DNA of 64,000 bases, from the NCBI GenBank assembly GCA_963768195.1, contig CAVYHA010000001.1, forward strand, positions 321,338-385,337, given 5' to 3'. The position numbers were made by a program, and so were the translations under genes. Shown here piece by piece: positions 32,916 through 43,324 of this stretch (positions within the stretch are counted from its first letter, which is position 1; every line of letters starts with the position of its first letter). The stretch comes from an uncultured Planctomycetaceae bacterium (GTDB lineage: Bacteria > Planctomycetota > Planctomycetia > Pirellulales > Thermoguttaceae). Under the pieces are notes generated by a model that worked only from the letters and a program-made list of their open reading frames with translations, had not been told where the DNA came from and ran no database searches.

Positions 32916-33545
32916 TTGACTGCCGTGCCGACGCTGCCGGCCGATACACCGATTTTCACGATACCCGACAAGCTGGTGAAGATTTTCGATCTCGACTTGG
33001 TTGCCGCTGGTATCGCTCGCCGGGTGAAGGTAGACGGCAAGTGGAAGATCGACAAACGAGATGAGCGCGGGCGGACGGTTGACGTTCACGCCCTGCGCCA
33101 CACGTTCGGCACGCTCTTGAGCAAGGGCGGAGTGGCACCGCGGACGGCCCAAGCCGCGATGCGACACTCCGACGTGAATCTGACCATGAACGTTTACACC
33201 GATCCGAAGCTGTTGGACGTGGCCGGCGCGATGGAATCGTTACCGGCCCTCCCTCTTGAGGCTGGAAGCCAAACAGCAGCAAACGTCCTAAGTGCAACAG
33301 GGACCGATAATTCAACCGCTTCGCCGCTTGCACCAACGCTTGCACCAACTGCTGGCAAAACGCGCACATTGCAGTCAATTGTGGACAAGATTGCAAGCGA
33401 AGCCGAGCAATCGAGGGCGACCGCTGCCGTTGCCGCAAGTGCTTATCCCGTCAAACAAAACAACCCGCTGACAACGGTGGTCAACGTGTTGCTGCGAGTG
33501 GAGACGAGCGGGCTCGAACCGCCAACCCCTAGCTTGCAAAGCTAG
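32916..33545 (+). pseudogene. Tyrosine recombinase/integrase, C-terminal catalytic fragment only
   Basis: RTVDVHALRHTFGTLLSKGGVAPRTAQAAMRHSDVNLTMNVYT carries the HxxR, a second His and the catalytic Tyr. No N-terminal core-binding domain is readable upstream. The ORF runs through the 162-bp repeat into the tRNA. Confidence 0.7.
33381..33542 (+). repeat. 162-bp direct repeat, proximal copy (overlaps the 3' half of the intact tRNA-Ala)
   Basis: Identical to 28568-28729. Confidence 0.95.
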
Positions 33546-33571
33546 TGCTCTCCCAGTTGAGCTACGTCCCC
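33499..33571 (-). tRNA. tRNA-Ala (anticodon TGC)
   Basis: The reverse complement reads GGGGACGTAGCTCAACTGGGAGAGCACTAGCTTTGCAAGCTAGGGGTTGGCGGTTCGAGCCCGCTCGTCTCCA. It has the G3:U70 Ala identity pair, anticodon loop CTTTGCAAG and T-loop GGTTCGAGCC. Confidence 0.9.
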
Positions 33572-33666
33572 AAGCTTGTAGAACTCCAGTATACCTCTTC
33601 TCCTGCTGTCGGAAAAGTGCCTTTCGCGGCAGGGGTGTCGGCACGATCGGGCCAGCCCGGGCCGAA

Positions 33667-33717
33667 GGGGACAGTCCCATTTTTGCGGACTTCGTCGCAA
33701 AAATCGGGACAGTCCCC
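33667..33717 (+). repeat. GGGAC-box palindromic element, short form
   Basis: GGGGACAGTCCC, ATTTTTGCG, an 8-nt loop, CGCAAAAAT, then CGGGACAGTCCCC. It lies between the tRNA-Ala and the DUF2784 stop. Confidence 0.85.
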
Positions 33718-33724
33718 GTGAATG

Positions 33725-34141
33725 TCAGGCTTTATCGCGGTTCGGCCGCTTCCACGGCCAGCGCGGCGGCGCGAAAATCCAGGTCAGCAACACCGTCAGC
33801 CCGAACAGGCAGTAGCAGATTTCGAGTACGGAGGTGGGCACGTCAACGAACAGCAGACGGTGGACCCATCGGCCGATGAACGAGCTGGGTTCGATCGTCT
33901 CGCCGCCCAGTTCCCGCAGCCGGTTCTCCCAGTCGGTCAGCGGACAGAAGATGCCGCAGATCGACTCCAGAATCACCACGGCGATCATGAGGAAATGGAT
34001 CGCGCGGAACCGGAAATTCCGCACCCACCGCCAGCGAAGAGCAAGCCCCGCGAGGATGGCCGCCATTCCGCCCACGACGAAGGCGACGTAGGCGAAGTGC
34101 AGGACGACGATCAGATCGGCCAGTAGGCGATAGACGGCCAT
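33725..34141 (-). CDS. DUF2784 family membrane protein
   Basis: MAVYRLLADLIVVLHFAYVAFVVGG...ILESICGIFCPLTDWENRLRELGGE matches the DUF2784 pattern. The longer ORF-track start (34210) would translate the repeat element, so the start is set at 34141. Confidence 0.7.
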   Translation of the reverse strand: MAVYRLLADLIVVLHFAYVAFVVGGMAAILAGLALRWRWVRNFRFRAIHFLMIAVVILESICGIFCPLTDWENRLRELGGETIEPSSFIGRWVHRLLFVDVPTSVLEICYCLFGLTVLLTWIFAPPRWPWKRPNRDKA

Positions 34142-34158
34142 GTAACCGTTCACAGTCA

Positions 34159-34202
34159 GGGGGACAGTCCCATTTTCGCTGCGCGAAATCGGGACAGTCC
34201 CC
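34159..34202 (+). repeat. GGGAC-box palindromic element, short form
   Basis: GGGGGACAGTCCC, ATTTTCGC, TGC, GCGAAAT, then CGGGACAGTCCCC. Same orientation and architecture as 33667-33717. It lies between the REC stop and the DUF2784 start. Confidence 0.85.
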
Positions 34203-34206
34203 GTCA

Positions 34207-34674
34207 TCATGCTTGCAACTCGTCGAGGCCGTCGCCGCCCCAGTCACTCGCGCTGCGGAGGGCCTGGCGGATCAGCACCAGCAGGGCGTTGGGATCGTAG
34301 GGCTTGCGGAGGAAGTATTGACAGCCGGCGGCCCGGCAGCGGCGCACGAGGCCCGGCTCGTCCAGCCCGCTGAGAATGATGACCGGAATGGAGCACGTTT
34401 CGGGCTCGTCGGCCAACTGTTGGCAGATCGCAAGCCCGTCGGCGTCGGGCAGACACAGATCGAGCACGATCAACGAGGGCGATTCGGCCTTGGCTTTCTT
34501 CAGGCCCGTGCCGCCCGAATAGGCGGCCATCGCGCGTAGGCCTTGTTTCCTGAGCCGATCGGAAAGGACGTCCGACAGGGTGTCGTCGTCGTCGATGATC
34601 AGCACCGCGTGTTGCCGACGGTGCACGACCGCCGCAGCCTGAGGGAGTTCGAGCGTAGCCGAATCAGCCGACAT
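34207..34674 (-). CDS. Single-domain response regulator (REC)
   Basis: VLIIDDDDTLSDVL, LIVLDLCLPDADGL and PVIILSG...YFLRKPY. Confidence 0.8.
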   Translation of the reverse strand: MSADSATLELPQAAAVVHRRQHAVLIIDDDDTLSDVLSDRLRKQGLRAMAAYSGGTGLKKAKAESPSLIVLDLCLPDADGLAICQQLADEPETCSIPVIILSGLDEPGLVRRCRAAGCQYFLRKPYDPNALLVLIRQALRSASDWGGDGLDELQA

Positions 34675-34888
34675 GTAGCCGCGCCAAAATACGAGTTTGA
34701 GGCAGGATACTTAACTCTAAAGCAATGTTGCGATAAGTCAACCGCGCCCGATGGTAGCGATTTTCGCAGTTGTGCCGGCTGATGGAACTGCAAGTCCGGT
34801 TCACCACGAAGGCACGGAGATACGAAGAGACGGAGAACACAGGGAAGAACTCAAATCGTGGTATACTTCCGCATAGGACTCCCGCCCC

Positions 34889-36445
34889 ATGCGATCCCTC
34901 CTTCGGCAAGCCCTTCGTCCGGCCGCGGCCGTTCTATTCTGCTGCGTGTGGCTGGTTTCGGCCCGCGCCGCGGAAAAGAGTTCTTCGTACCTGGCGGCCT
35001 TGGAGTCGATCAAGGCCGACGAACTGGGCGAGTACGTCGGCCGGCTGGCCGATCCGGCGATGGAAGGGCGTGAGGCGGGCACGCGGGGAGGCCGCGCCGC
35101 CGGCGACTATCTGGCCGAACAATACGCGCGCCTTCACGTGCCCGGCGCGGGACCCGAGGGCAAATACTTTCAGCCCTTCACGCCCAACTTTCGCAACGTA
35201 CTGGCGATTTTGCGCGGCAGCGATCCACAATGGCGCGATGAGGTAGTCGTGGTCGGCGCCCATTACGACCATATCGGCTACGGCCGCCGCTATAGCCTGG
35301 GGCCGTCCGGCTACATTCATCCCGGCGCCGACGACAACGCCAGCGGCACGGCGGCCGTCTTGGAGTTGGCCAAGGCGTGTACGATCCTTGAACCGCCGCC
35401 CAAACGTTCGATTCTCTTCGCCGCCTGGGATGCCGAGGAGAAAGGGCTGTTCGGCTCGACACATTGGCTCGCCGATCCCACCGTGCCGCTGGACAAGGTG
35501 GCGGCGGCGTTCAACTTGGACATGGTCGGCCGGCTCCGCGACGACCACTTGATCGTCATCGGCTCGCGCACCGGCTACGGCTGGCGGCGGTTGATCAGTC
35601 TTCAGAACGACGATGCCGCCCTGCAACTTGACTTTGACTGGGAACTGAAGCCGAACGCCGATCACTTCCCCTTCTTCGATCACGGCATCCCGGTGGCCAT
35701 GTTTTTTACGGGCTTGCACAACCAGTACCACCGGCCGAGCGATACGGCCGACCTGATCAACACCGCGGGCATGACGCAGGTGACGCGGCTGCTCCTGGGC
35801 GTGATCTGCCAACTGGCCGACGAGCCGGCGGTGCCGGCGTATCGAGCGGCCGCCCGTCACGAAACGCCGGCCGGGGAGAAGGCCGCCCGCAGCCAGATTG
35901 CCAGGCCGGCCGATCGGCTGGGCGTCACTTGGATCGAGAGTGCCGCGGCGGCCGGCGGAATTCGCGTGTCGGCCGTGATTGCCGGTTCACCGGCCGCAGC
36001 GGCGGGGCTGCGCGTGGGCGATCGCATCGTGCGGCTCGGCGACGCCGATATCCGCAGCGACGACGAATTCCTGGCAGCCGTGTGTGCCGCGGAGAGCCCG
36101 GCCCAACTGACGATCCAACGAACGGGCGAAGAAAAGGCGCTCAAGGTCGCCGTGGAACTGGCGGGCGTCCCGCTTCGCTTGGGCATCATGTGGCGCGTCG
36201 ATGAGGCCGAGCCGCAGGCCGTGATTCTGACCTGCGTAGTTCCCGGCACGCCTGCCGCCCGGGCCGGACTTGCCGTCGGCGACCGGATTTATCGAGTCGG
36301 CGGCCGCGACTTCGCCGACGAAGCCGGCTTCGTCCGGCTAGTCCATACCATGCCGCTGCCGATACAATTATTGGTGGAGCGCGAAGGCCGGTTGCACGTC
36401 TTGGTGTTGTTGCCAAAAGTCGAGCCGGCCAAGCGAGCCGCATAG
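34889..36445 (+). CDS. Secreted M28 family metallopeptidase with two C-terminal PDZ domains
   Basis: Signal peptide. M28 segments VVVVGAHYDHIGYG, HPGADDNASGTAAVLELA, ILFAAWDAEEKGLFGS and FNLDMVG. PDZ segments GIRVSAVIAGSPAAAAGLRVGDRIV and VVPGTPAARAGLAVGDRIY. Intact ORF. Confidence 0.8.
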   Translation: MRSLLRQALRPAAAVLFCCVWLVSARAAEKSSSYLAALESIKADELGEYVGRLADPAMEGREAGTRGGRAAGDYLAEQYARLHVPGAGPEGKYFQPFTPNFRNVLAILRGSDPQWRDEVVVVGAHYDHIGYGRRYSLGPSGYIHPGADDNASGTAAVLELAKACTILEPPPKRSILFAAWDAEEKGLFGSTHWLADPTVPLDKVAAAFNLDMVGRLRDDHLIVIGSRTGYGWRRLISLQNDDAALQLDFDWELKPNADHFPFFDHGIPVAMFFTGLHNQYHRPSDTADLINTAGMTQVTRLLLGVICQLADEPAVPAYRAAARHETPAGEKAARSQIARPADRLGVTWIESAAAAGGIRVSAVIAGSPAAAAGLRVGDRIVRLGDADIRSDDEFLAAVCAAESPAQLTIQRTGEEKALKVAVELAGVPLRLGIMWRVDEAEPQAVILTCVVPGTPAARAGLAVGDRIYRVGGRDFADEAGFVRLVHTMPLPIQLLVEREGRLHVLVLLPKVEPAKRAA

Positions 36446-36529
36446 TGAGCAGCTTTGAATTAGCTCGTTTCCGTAATGCTGTGGATCGTTTCCCTGGTGA
36501 CGATGGTCGCCATTGTCTGGATGTAGGCC

Positions 36530-36952
36530 ATGAAATCGCACACCGAATACCTCACGTTCACCGTCCCCAAGCGGATGGACTTTGTCAACATCACGGCCAA
36601 GGTGGCCGATGCCGTCGAAAAGAGCGGCGTTCGCGAGGGCCTGTGCCTGGTAAACGCCATGCACATCACGGCCAGCGTGTTCATCAACGACGATGAGCCA
36701 GGGCTGCACGAGGACTACAAGCGGTGGCTGGAGAAGCTGGCCCCCTTCGATCCTTCGCCGCAAACGTACCATCATAACCGCACCGGCGAGGACAACGGCG
36801 ACGCCCATCACAAGCGCCAGGTCATGGGCCGCGAGGTGGTCGTGGCCGTAACCAAGGGCAAGCTCGATTTCGGCCCGTGGGAACAGATTTTCTACGGCGA
36901 GTTCGACGGCCGCCGGGCGAAACGGGTGCTCGTGAAGATCATCGGCGAATAA
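36530..36952 (+). CDS. yjbQ: YjbQ/UPF0047 family protein (secondary thiamine-phosphate synthase-like)
   Basis: [63 protein letters not shown] and [18 protein letters not shown]. Confidence 0.85.
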   Translation: MKSHTEYLTFTVPKRMDFVNITAKVADAVEKSGVREGLCLVNAMHITASVFINDDEPGLHEDYKRWLEKLAPFDPSPQTYHHNRTGEDNGDAHHKRQVMGREVVVAVTKGKLDFGPWEQIFYGEFDGRRAKRVLVKIIGE

Positions 36953-37068
36953 TTGACAGCCGCGGGGCGGTCGTCTACGATAGGGTGTAGCGTAGCAAAA
37001 GTATCCCGCCATCCAATCCTCAGCCGGTGTGGTTCTGCCACCCGGCCTTTCCACACCGAGAGAAAACC

Positions 37069-37920
37069 ATGCCCACCAGACGACACTTCTTGCAATGGGC
37101 CGGCGTTGGAGCCGCAGCTTCGTTTGCCGCCCGCCGCGCTCTTGCCAAAGATCCTGATCCGGCCGAACCAACGGCTTCGCCCAAGACGCGGCAAACCTTC
37201 GGCCTGGGGCTGGCTTCCTATACCACTCGCAAGTTCTCCCTCGATCAGACGCTCGCTATGGCCAATCGCGTGGGACTGAAGCACATCTCGCTGAAGGAGT
37301 GCCACCTGGCCATGAACAGCACGCCCGAGCAGATTGCCGAGGCGGCGGCCAAGGTGAAGGCGGCGGGGATCGACCTTTACGCGTGCGGCGTGGTTTACAT
37401 GAACAGCGAGGCGGCCGTCGATCAGGCCTTCGAGTATGCCAAGGCGGGCGGGATGAAAATGATTGTCGGCGTGCCGGCGCATGCCCTGCTCCCGCTGGTC
37501 AACGAGAAGGTGCAGAAGTACGACATCCGCGTAGCCGTGCACAATCATGGGCCGACCGACAAGCTCTATCCCACCCCCGGCGTGGCCTACGACAAGGTCA
37601 AGGATTTGGATCGGCGGATGGGCATTTGTCTCGACATCGGCCACGCCATCCATAGCGGCGTCGATCCCAGCGCGGCGGCCCAACAGTACGCCGACCGCCT
37701 GTTCGACGTTCACATTAAGGATCAGAGCGAGGCATCGGAGCGGGCCAAGACGCTTGCCGTCGGCCGCGGGATCATCGACATCCCCAAGTTCCTCCGCACG
37801 CTGGAGAAGCTCAGGTACGCAGGCAACACGTCGTTCGAGCTTGAAAACGACCCCGACGATCCGCTGCCGGGCCTGGCCGAATCGGTCGGCTACGTCAAGG
37901 GCGTGCTGGCGGTGATCTGA
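37069..37920 (+). CDS. TAT-exported sugar phosphate isomerase/epimerase (xylose isomerase-like TIM barrel)
   Basis: Twin-arginine signal MPTRRHFLQWAGVGAAASFAARRALA. Also GLKHISLKECH, VAVHNHG, CLDIGH, HIKD and SFELEND. Confidence 0.75.
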   Translation: MPTRRHFLQWAGVGAAASFAARRALAKDPDPAEPTASPKTRQTFGLGLASYTTRKFSLDQTLAMANRVGLKHISLKECHLAMNSTPEQIAEAAAKVKAAGIDLYACGVVYMNSEAAVDQAFEYAKAGGMKMIVGVPAHALLPLVNEKVQKYDIRVAVHNHGPTDKLYPTPGVAYDKVKDLDRRMGICLDIGHAIHSGVDPSAAAQQYADRLFDVHIKDQSEASERAKTLAVGRGIIDIPKFLRTLEKLRYAGNTSFELENDPDDPLPGLAESVGYVKGVLAVI

Positions 37921-38046
37921 AGCGAGGACGGCAAAAATCCCGCACTCGCGGCAAATCTGCACCGGGCTCTTGCAAACCGGCTGCCGAGCCCGCGGAAACG
38001 CTGAACGTCCGTTTGTCCCGCGGCCGAGGGAAGCAAGGGGGACTGT

Positions 38047-38102
38047 CCCCATTGGTACGCAGCACCCTTCGGCAAATGGGGACTGTCCCCCTTTTCCTGG
38101 AC
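38047..38102 (-). repeat. GGGAC-box palindromic element (opposite orientation)
   Basis: GGGGGACTGTCCCC, a 27-nt spacer, then GGGGACTGTCCCCC with flanking A/T runs. It lies 20 nt upstream of the protease start. Confidence 0.8.
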
Positions 38103-38122
38103 CCCCCGGGGACCAAGCCACC

Positions 38123-39102
38123 GTGATCCGGTTTCTGGTGCTGTCAACGGCGCTGTGGGCCGCGTTGGCCGTCGGCGCGCATGGCGAGTTCACGCCGGCG
38201 CCCTCCTTCTCGGCGCCGCACGCGGCTGTGGTGCGGATCGTCGTACCCGAACGCGACGGCACCACCTACGGCTCCGGCGCACTGGTGGCGGTGAGCGAAT
38301 CATCCGGTCTGGTGGTGACGAATTGGCACGTGGTCCGCGACGGCGCCGGGCCGGTCGCGGTTTACTTCCCCGACGGTTTTCGCTCAGGGGCCGTCGTGCT
38401 CAGGGTCGATCGTGATTGGGATTTGGCGGCGCTGGCCATTTGGCGGCCGAACGTGCAACCGATCGCACTATCGGCCCAGGCGCCCCGGCCCGGCGATGCG
38501 CTGACCATCGCCGGATATGGCAGCGGCCCGTATCGTGCCGTGACCGGACAATGCACGCAGTACGTGTCGCCCGGCGGAAATCAGCCGTTTGAGATGATCG
38601 AACTCTCCGCGCCGCGCGGAATGGCGACTCGGGCGGACCAATCCTCAACAGCCGCGGCGAGTTGGCAGGCATCCTGTTCGGCTCGGCATTCGGCCGGACC
38701 ACCGGCAGCTATTGCGGCCGGCTGCGCTGGTTCCTCGCTTCGGCAGGCGACGACTTCCAGCGGATTTCTGCGCAGGCGCTGTTGGCCCAGCAGTCGCGCG
38801 GCAACGCGGCGCCGGCAGCGGCCATCGCCGCCCCTGAGGCGACCGTTGCGGCTGCCGCGCCGCCACAGCCCGAACGGCCGTCGCCCGCTGCTGGCGCGTC
38901 GGCGTGGCCCGGTAAGCCCGACACCCGAACGCCGGCCACCGGCGACGTTGTTTCCCGCTCTGCCGGCCAGATGTCGCCGATGGCGGCGCCGCCCGCGAGA
39001 CACCTGCCCAGCACGGACCAGATAAAGACGGTGCTGGCAGCGATCGGAGTGATCGCCGTGGCGTATCACGCGCTGCGGATGCTGGGCCGAGCCGTCGGAT
39101 AG
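38123..39102 (+). CDS. Trypsin-like (S1) serine protease with a Pro/Ala-rich linker and C-terminal TM anchor; 1 frame break (~38612)
   Basis: GTG at 38123 followed by a signal peptide. GSGALVAVSESSGLVVTNWHVV, DWDLAALAI and, after a 1-nt correction, NGDSGGPILNSRGELAGILFG. The C-terminus reads TVLAAIGVIAVAYHAL. Confidence 0.7.
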
Positions 39103-39242
39103 AACCGTTAGAAGATTTCGGCGATCGGCAAACGGAATCCTGGCAGAACTTCGTCGTCGGTTAGCTCACCCGCGATCGTCAGCAGCGCGAGTCTCGCGCG
39201 CGCCGCGGTAGACCGAAACCGTTTGGGACGTCGGTCTGCATC

Positions 39243-40735
39243 CTATGCCCCTTGCCGCCCGACGTCAACTTTCGCCGCGTCCTGCCCTAGAAGCTCGGGC
39301 GCCTGCAATTGGCGGGGGGCAGTCTCGATCTGCGGCAACTCGCCGAGCTCGCCGTCGCTGCTGATGGCCCCGAGTTCCTTGAATCGCCGGGCGCTGACCA
39401 GCACGCGCGATTCCAGCGAACCGACGGCGCTGTTGTAGGCGTTGACCGCCGTGCCGAGCCCCTTGCCCAGCTTTTGCATGTGCTCGCCCACGTCGGAGAG
39501 GCGTTTGTACAGATCGCGGCCGAGCTCGCTGATCGCCTTGGCGCTGTCGGCCAGCAGCTCTTGCCGCCAGCCGTAGGCCACGGCGCGCAGCAGGGCGATC
39601 AGCGTGGTTGGCGTGGCAACGATCACGTTCTGACTGACGCCCAACTCGATCAATTCCGGGTCGTTCTCCAGGGCCGCGCTAAAAAACACCTCGCCGGGCA
39701 GAAAGAGAACCACAAATTCCGGCGTGAAGTCGAACTGGCTGAAGTAGGACTTCTGGCCGAGGGCGGCAATGTGGTTTCGCACTTGCCGGGCGTGGTCTTT
39801 GAACTTCGCCGCGCGGACCTGCTCGTCCGTCGCTTCGATAGCCTCAAGATAAGCTTCCAAAGGGGCCTTCGAGTCGACCACGATGTTTTTCCGGCCGGGC
39901 AGCCGCACGACCAGGTCGGGCGCAACCGGCCGTTTTCGGTTTCCGTCGATTGCTGTTGGAAAAAATCGCAGTGTTCCAACATGCCGGCCATTTCGACCAC
40001 CCGCCGCAACTGGATTTCACCCCAGCGGCCGCGGGCCTGCGGACGCCGCAACGCCGTCACGAGATTGGCCGTCTCGCAACGCAGCTCCTTCTGCGTCTCC
40101 GAGAGCGACTTGACTTGCTCGGTCAAGCCGCTGTAGGCCTCGATGCGGCTTTTTTCGATCTCTTGCAGCTTGGCATCCACCTTGCCGAGCGATTCCTTGA
40201 CCGGTTTGACCAACTCGTCGATGGCCGTCTGCCGCTTGTCGAGGTCGCCCTTGGCCAGTTCCTGGAATTTTTCCAACTGGGTCTTGGCCAGTTCCAGGAA
40301 GGACGTGTTGCTGCTCTTCAAAGCGTCGGCGGCCAGCGCTTTGAAGGCGTCGGCCAACTGCCGCTTGGCATCGTCCAGGAGCGCAAGCTTCTCCTGCGTC
40401 TGCTTTTGCTGTTCGACCAGAGCCCGGTTCAATTCGGCCGCCTTGGTGCTCAGCGTGGTGACTTGGCGCTGCAAATCGGCCAGCGAGGCGTCCTTTTCCG
40501 TGAGCCGGCCGCGGAGTTCCTCGATGGCCTGTTCCCGGGCGGCGAGCCGCTCCGACAGCGCGGCAATTTCCGCCGCCGACAAGCTCCGGCCGCGGTCGTG
40601 GGCCGCGGCGATCTTCAGGCGCAGCAACAGCCACGCCCCACCGCCGCCGAGGGCAACGCCGACCAACAGCATCACAATCGCCAGACCATAATCGACCATG
40701 CCCGTCATAATACGCCGGCGCGCCCCTTGCGCCAA
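39243..40735 (-). CDS. rmuC: DNA recombination protein RmuC; 1 frame break (~39900)
   Basis: N-terminal TM segment plus a long coiled coil. RGRWGEIQLRRVVEMAGMLEHCDF, NIVVDSKAPLEAYLEA and EFVVLFLPGEVFFSAALENDPELIE. An alternative start is MTGMVDY at 40708. Confidence 0.85.
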
Positions 40736-40789
40736 GTTGCCGCGGGGCCACCCGACGCAAAGCCGCGGTGCCGACCGTAGCCAAACAGG

Positions 40790-42883
40790 CTACGGCGCGA
40801 GGTCGATTTTCAGCGGGTTGGCGGCCGCGCCGTCGCCGCGAACGACAATTACTTCCGCATGTGCAGTTGCGGAAATCGCCAGCTTCGGCACCCTCCAGCG
40901 AGCGCCCAGATCATACCAGCCGAGGATTTCCGCCTGCACCTCTTTTCCGTTGAACGTGCAACAGAAGTTCTCCCGGCTGCGGTCCGAAACCCTCGCCGGC
41001 CAGGAGCACTTCATCGCCCGGCTTTGCGACGGCGGGTTCCAGCACGAACGCCGCGGGATCGACCGGCAGAATCTCGGCCGGATTGAGGCGAGCGCCGTTG
41101 TTCTCCCTCGCGACGTCGGCCACCTCCCGGTTGGCGTCGACCAGCACGTGCAGCACGGTGAACGGCGGCTGATCGGGTCGGGCGTTGCCGTTCATCATAT
41201 AAACTTCGAACGGGAGGCGGATGTCAACGCTCTGGGTCTCGCCCGCCCTAAGCCCGGTCACGCGCACGCCGGCCTGGGGCAAGTCATCCCTCAGGATCTC
41301 GTCGTTGGCCGCCAGCAGCACGACGTTGAACGGATGGGTGATCGGCTGGGTGCCGTTGTTGCGGAACCACACGCGATAGCGCGGCCCGAGATGTTCCTGG
41401 GGATGGCCCGGATCGACGAATCGCACAGCCAGCAGTTGCAGATCGGCCCCGATGGGGAGGACCACCACGGCCGCCGTGTCAACCCACGTCCCGCAATCCA
41501 CCGCCGGCAACGCCGTCCATTCGGGCACATCCCACCAGGCCCATTGCGAGCACAGATCATAAATCGCCGGCCGGCAACAGATCGGACGCGGGTCCCAAAA
41601 CGGCTGGCAGCGTTGACGCCAACACCACTGAACCCAGGGGCTCCACGTCGGATACCAGCACGTGCCGGTAAACGTCGCCCGGCCCCAGTAGAAATACGGC
41701 AGCCCTCCGTGCTCGAAGGCGGGGCTGATGTTGCCGCGGTAGAAGTCGCGATGATGCCCGTCCGGCAAGCCGCTTCCGATCACGCCTCGCGTGCTGCCGA
41801 CACTCACGATGTTCGCAGTGCGGGCGACGGCGTTCTGCAATCCCATTCGCCGGGCCACGTCGCCCTGCTGCGACATGCGGTACTGATCGGCCAACCGAAG
41901 CTTGTGGGCCGTCGGGCCGGAACTGAGACTCGCCAACTCGCTGGATGTGAGCTGTTCCGCCCCCTGTGCTTTCCTTGCCGTCGGCGGGGCGGGCGTGGCG
42001 GCCGCGGGCGCCGAGGCGGACGAGACAGGCGGCTGCGCGGCGGGTTCTTCCTTCGGGTGAAGCTGCAACGCGGGGATTTCGCCCGCGTCGCGGGCCGTCG
42101 GGATCACTGCCACCTCGCTGCCAGGATCGAGGCCCAACCGCCTGCGCACTGCGGCGATTCTCGCTTGGCTTTCCGGGGATGGCGTTTGCGACGCCGGAGT
42201 GATATCGGCAGCGGCGCCGTCTGCCGGGCCTTGGCCGGCGCCAACCTGCCGCGGCGCGCCGAGACAGTTGGCGAGGCACCGCGCTGGTCAGCCGCCGTTG
42301 GTTGCGCCGGATTGGCAACAGACGGCGCCAAACGCCGCGTCGCGTCCGGCACATCGCCGGGAACCGCCGCGATGGAAGTTTCGCGACGGGCGTTCTGACT
42401 CGAGGGAGGCATCGCGTTGCCGGTGTCGCCCACGGCGATTCGACCAACGGCGGACGAAGCCGGGTGCGCGGTCAAGGGCGCCGGAGGCTGTTGATTCGAC
42501 CCGGAGATCCTATCGCTGGCGGGGAACTGAGGCGATGGGGCGCCGGTTGGAATTGCGACCGGTACGAAATTGCTGCCGCCTCGATTAGCGGGGGCGACTT
42601 GGCCCGGCGACGGCGAGAACGGCACCGGGTTCGGCGAAACCGCCGGGGGGTGGTTGATCACCGGCGGTGGCGGTTGCGCTCGCGGCATGCTGGGCGTAGC
42701 CGCCGAAGGCTGATTCCCGCTTTCGCGGCCACCGCCCTGCGCAAAAGGGGTGAAAGGACTGGTTCCAAACGGCCCTCCCGCCTCCGCCTTGCCGGCTGCC
42801 CAACTGAGCGCGAGTATTGTTGCCCAAACGACCGACCATGTTGCACCCGATGTCAACCACCGGACAGCCACGCGACCTCTCAT
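40790..42883 (-). CDS. Secreted hypothetical protein (~700 aa): Pro-rich N-terminal region, Cys/Trp-rich core, Ig-like C-terminal region; about 3 frame breaks
   Basis: Signal peptide MRGRVAVRWLTSGATWSVVWATILALSWAAGKAEA. Core segment GTCWYPTWSPWVQWCWRQRCQPFWDPRPICCRPAIYDLC. The pieces 42104..43003, 40911..42149 and 40790..41014 join. Confidence 0.55.
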
Positions 42884-43324
42884 GGCTTGTCTCCTTTGCT
42901 TCCCACAACGTCGTTGACGTCTGCCCACCAGCGAGGGAGCGAAGCGCGTGCCAATCTGAAAACCGTTGGCCGGCCACGACAGGGAACACAACGATTGCCG
43001 CAAGAATCGCCGGAATTTGCGGGCGTTCGGTCGAAATTAGATGCTCGCCGCGAGCGTCTTTCTGCGCACTGCGGATCCAACCGGCCGTCGTCGATCCGAT
43101 GGCGATCGAATCACTTTGATCACATGCGATATTACGTGCTTGATTGCTCCCCCCCCAACGTGAGAGCGGGTCGGTTCCGAGATGCGCAACAAAAGGGTGC
43201 CCCTTGTCGCCGACTCTCCTTCCCGACGCCGGGCAAAAGCGCTATACTAAGGCAGAGCCCCGGGGTTATCGTTCTACCTCCGTAAGGGGCTACGAAGTTT
43301 CATCCAGCCAGATCGGTCAGGGAA

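Larger units (their letters stand above)
28568..33542. mobile_element. Integrated genomic islet (~4.8 kb) at the 3' end of tRNA-Ala(TGC), apparently decayed
   Basis: Perfect 162-bp direct repeats at both ends, each ending inside the tRNA anticodon loop. A tyrosine recombinase catalytic fragment sits next to the intact tRNA. The interior is visibly more AT-rich than the flanks and its genes are frame-broken. Confidence 0.7.

Noticed and set aside
33725-34210. The longer ORF-track start for DUF2784 (MMTGTVPISRSENGTVPLTVNGY...), and similar extensions at 12290..12410 and 60006..60611
   Set aside because: These N- or C-terminal extensions are translations of the GGGAC-box repeat elements (GTVP and GDGASPHF strings), not conserved protein sequence.
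38123-40735. RmuC plus the neighbouring protease as a defence island
   Set aside because: RmuC is a widespread housekeeping-type gene. No nuclease, ATPase, methylase or other defence partners are present, and the flanks are ordinary metabolic and peptidase genes.
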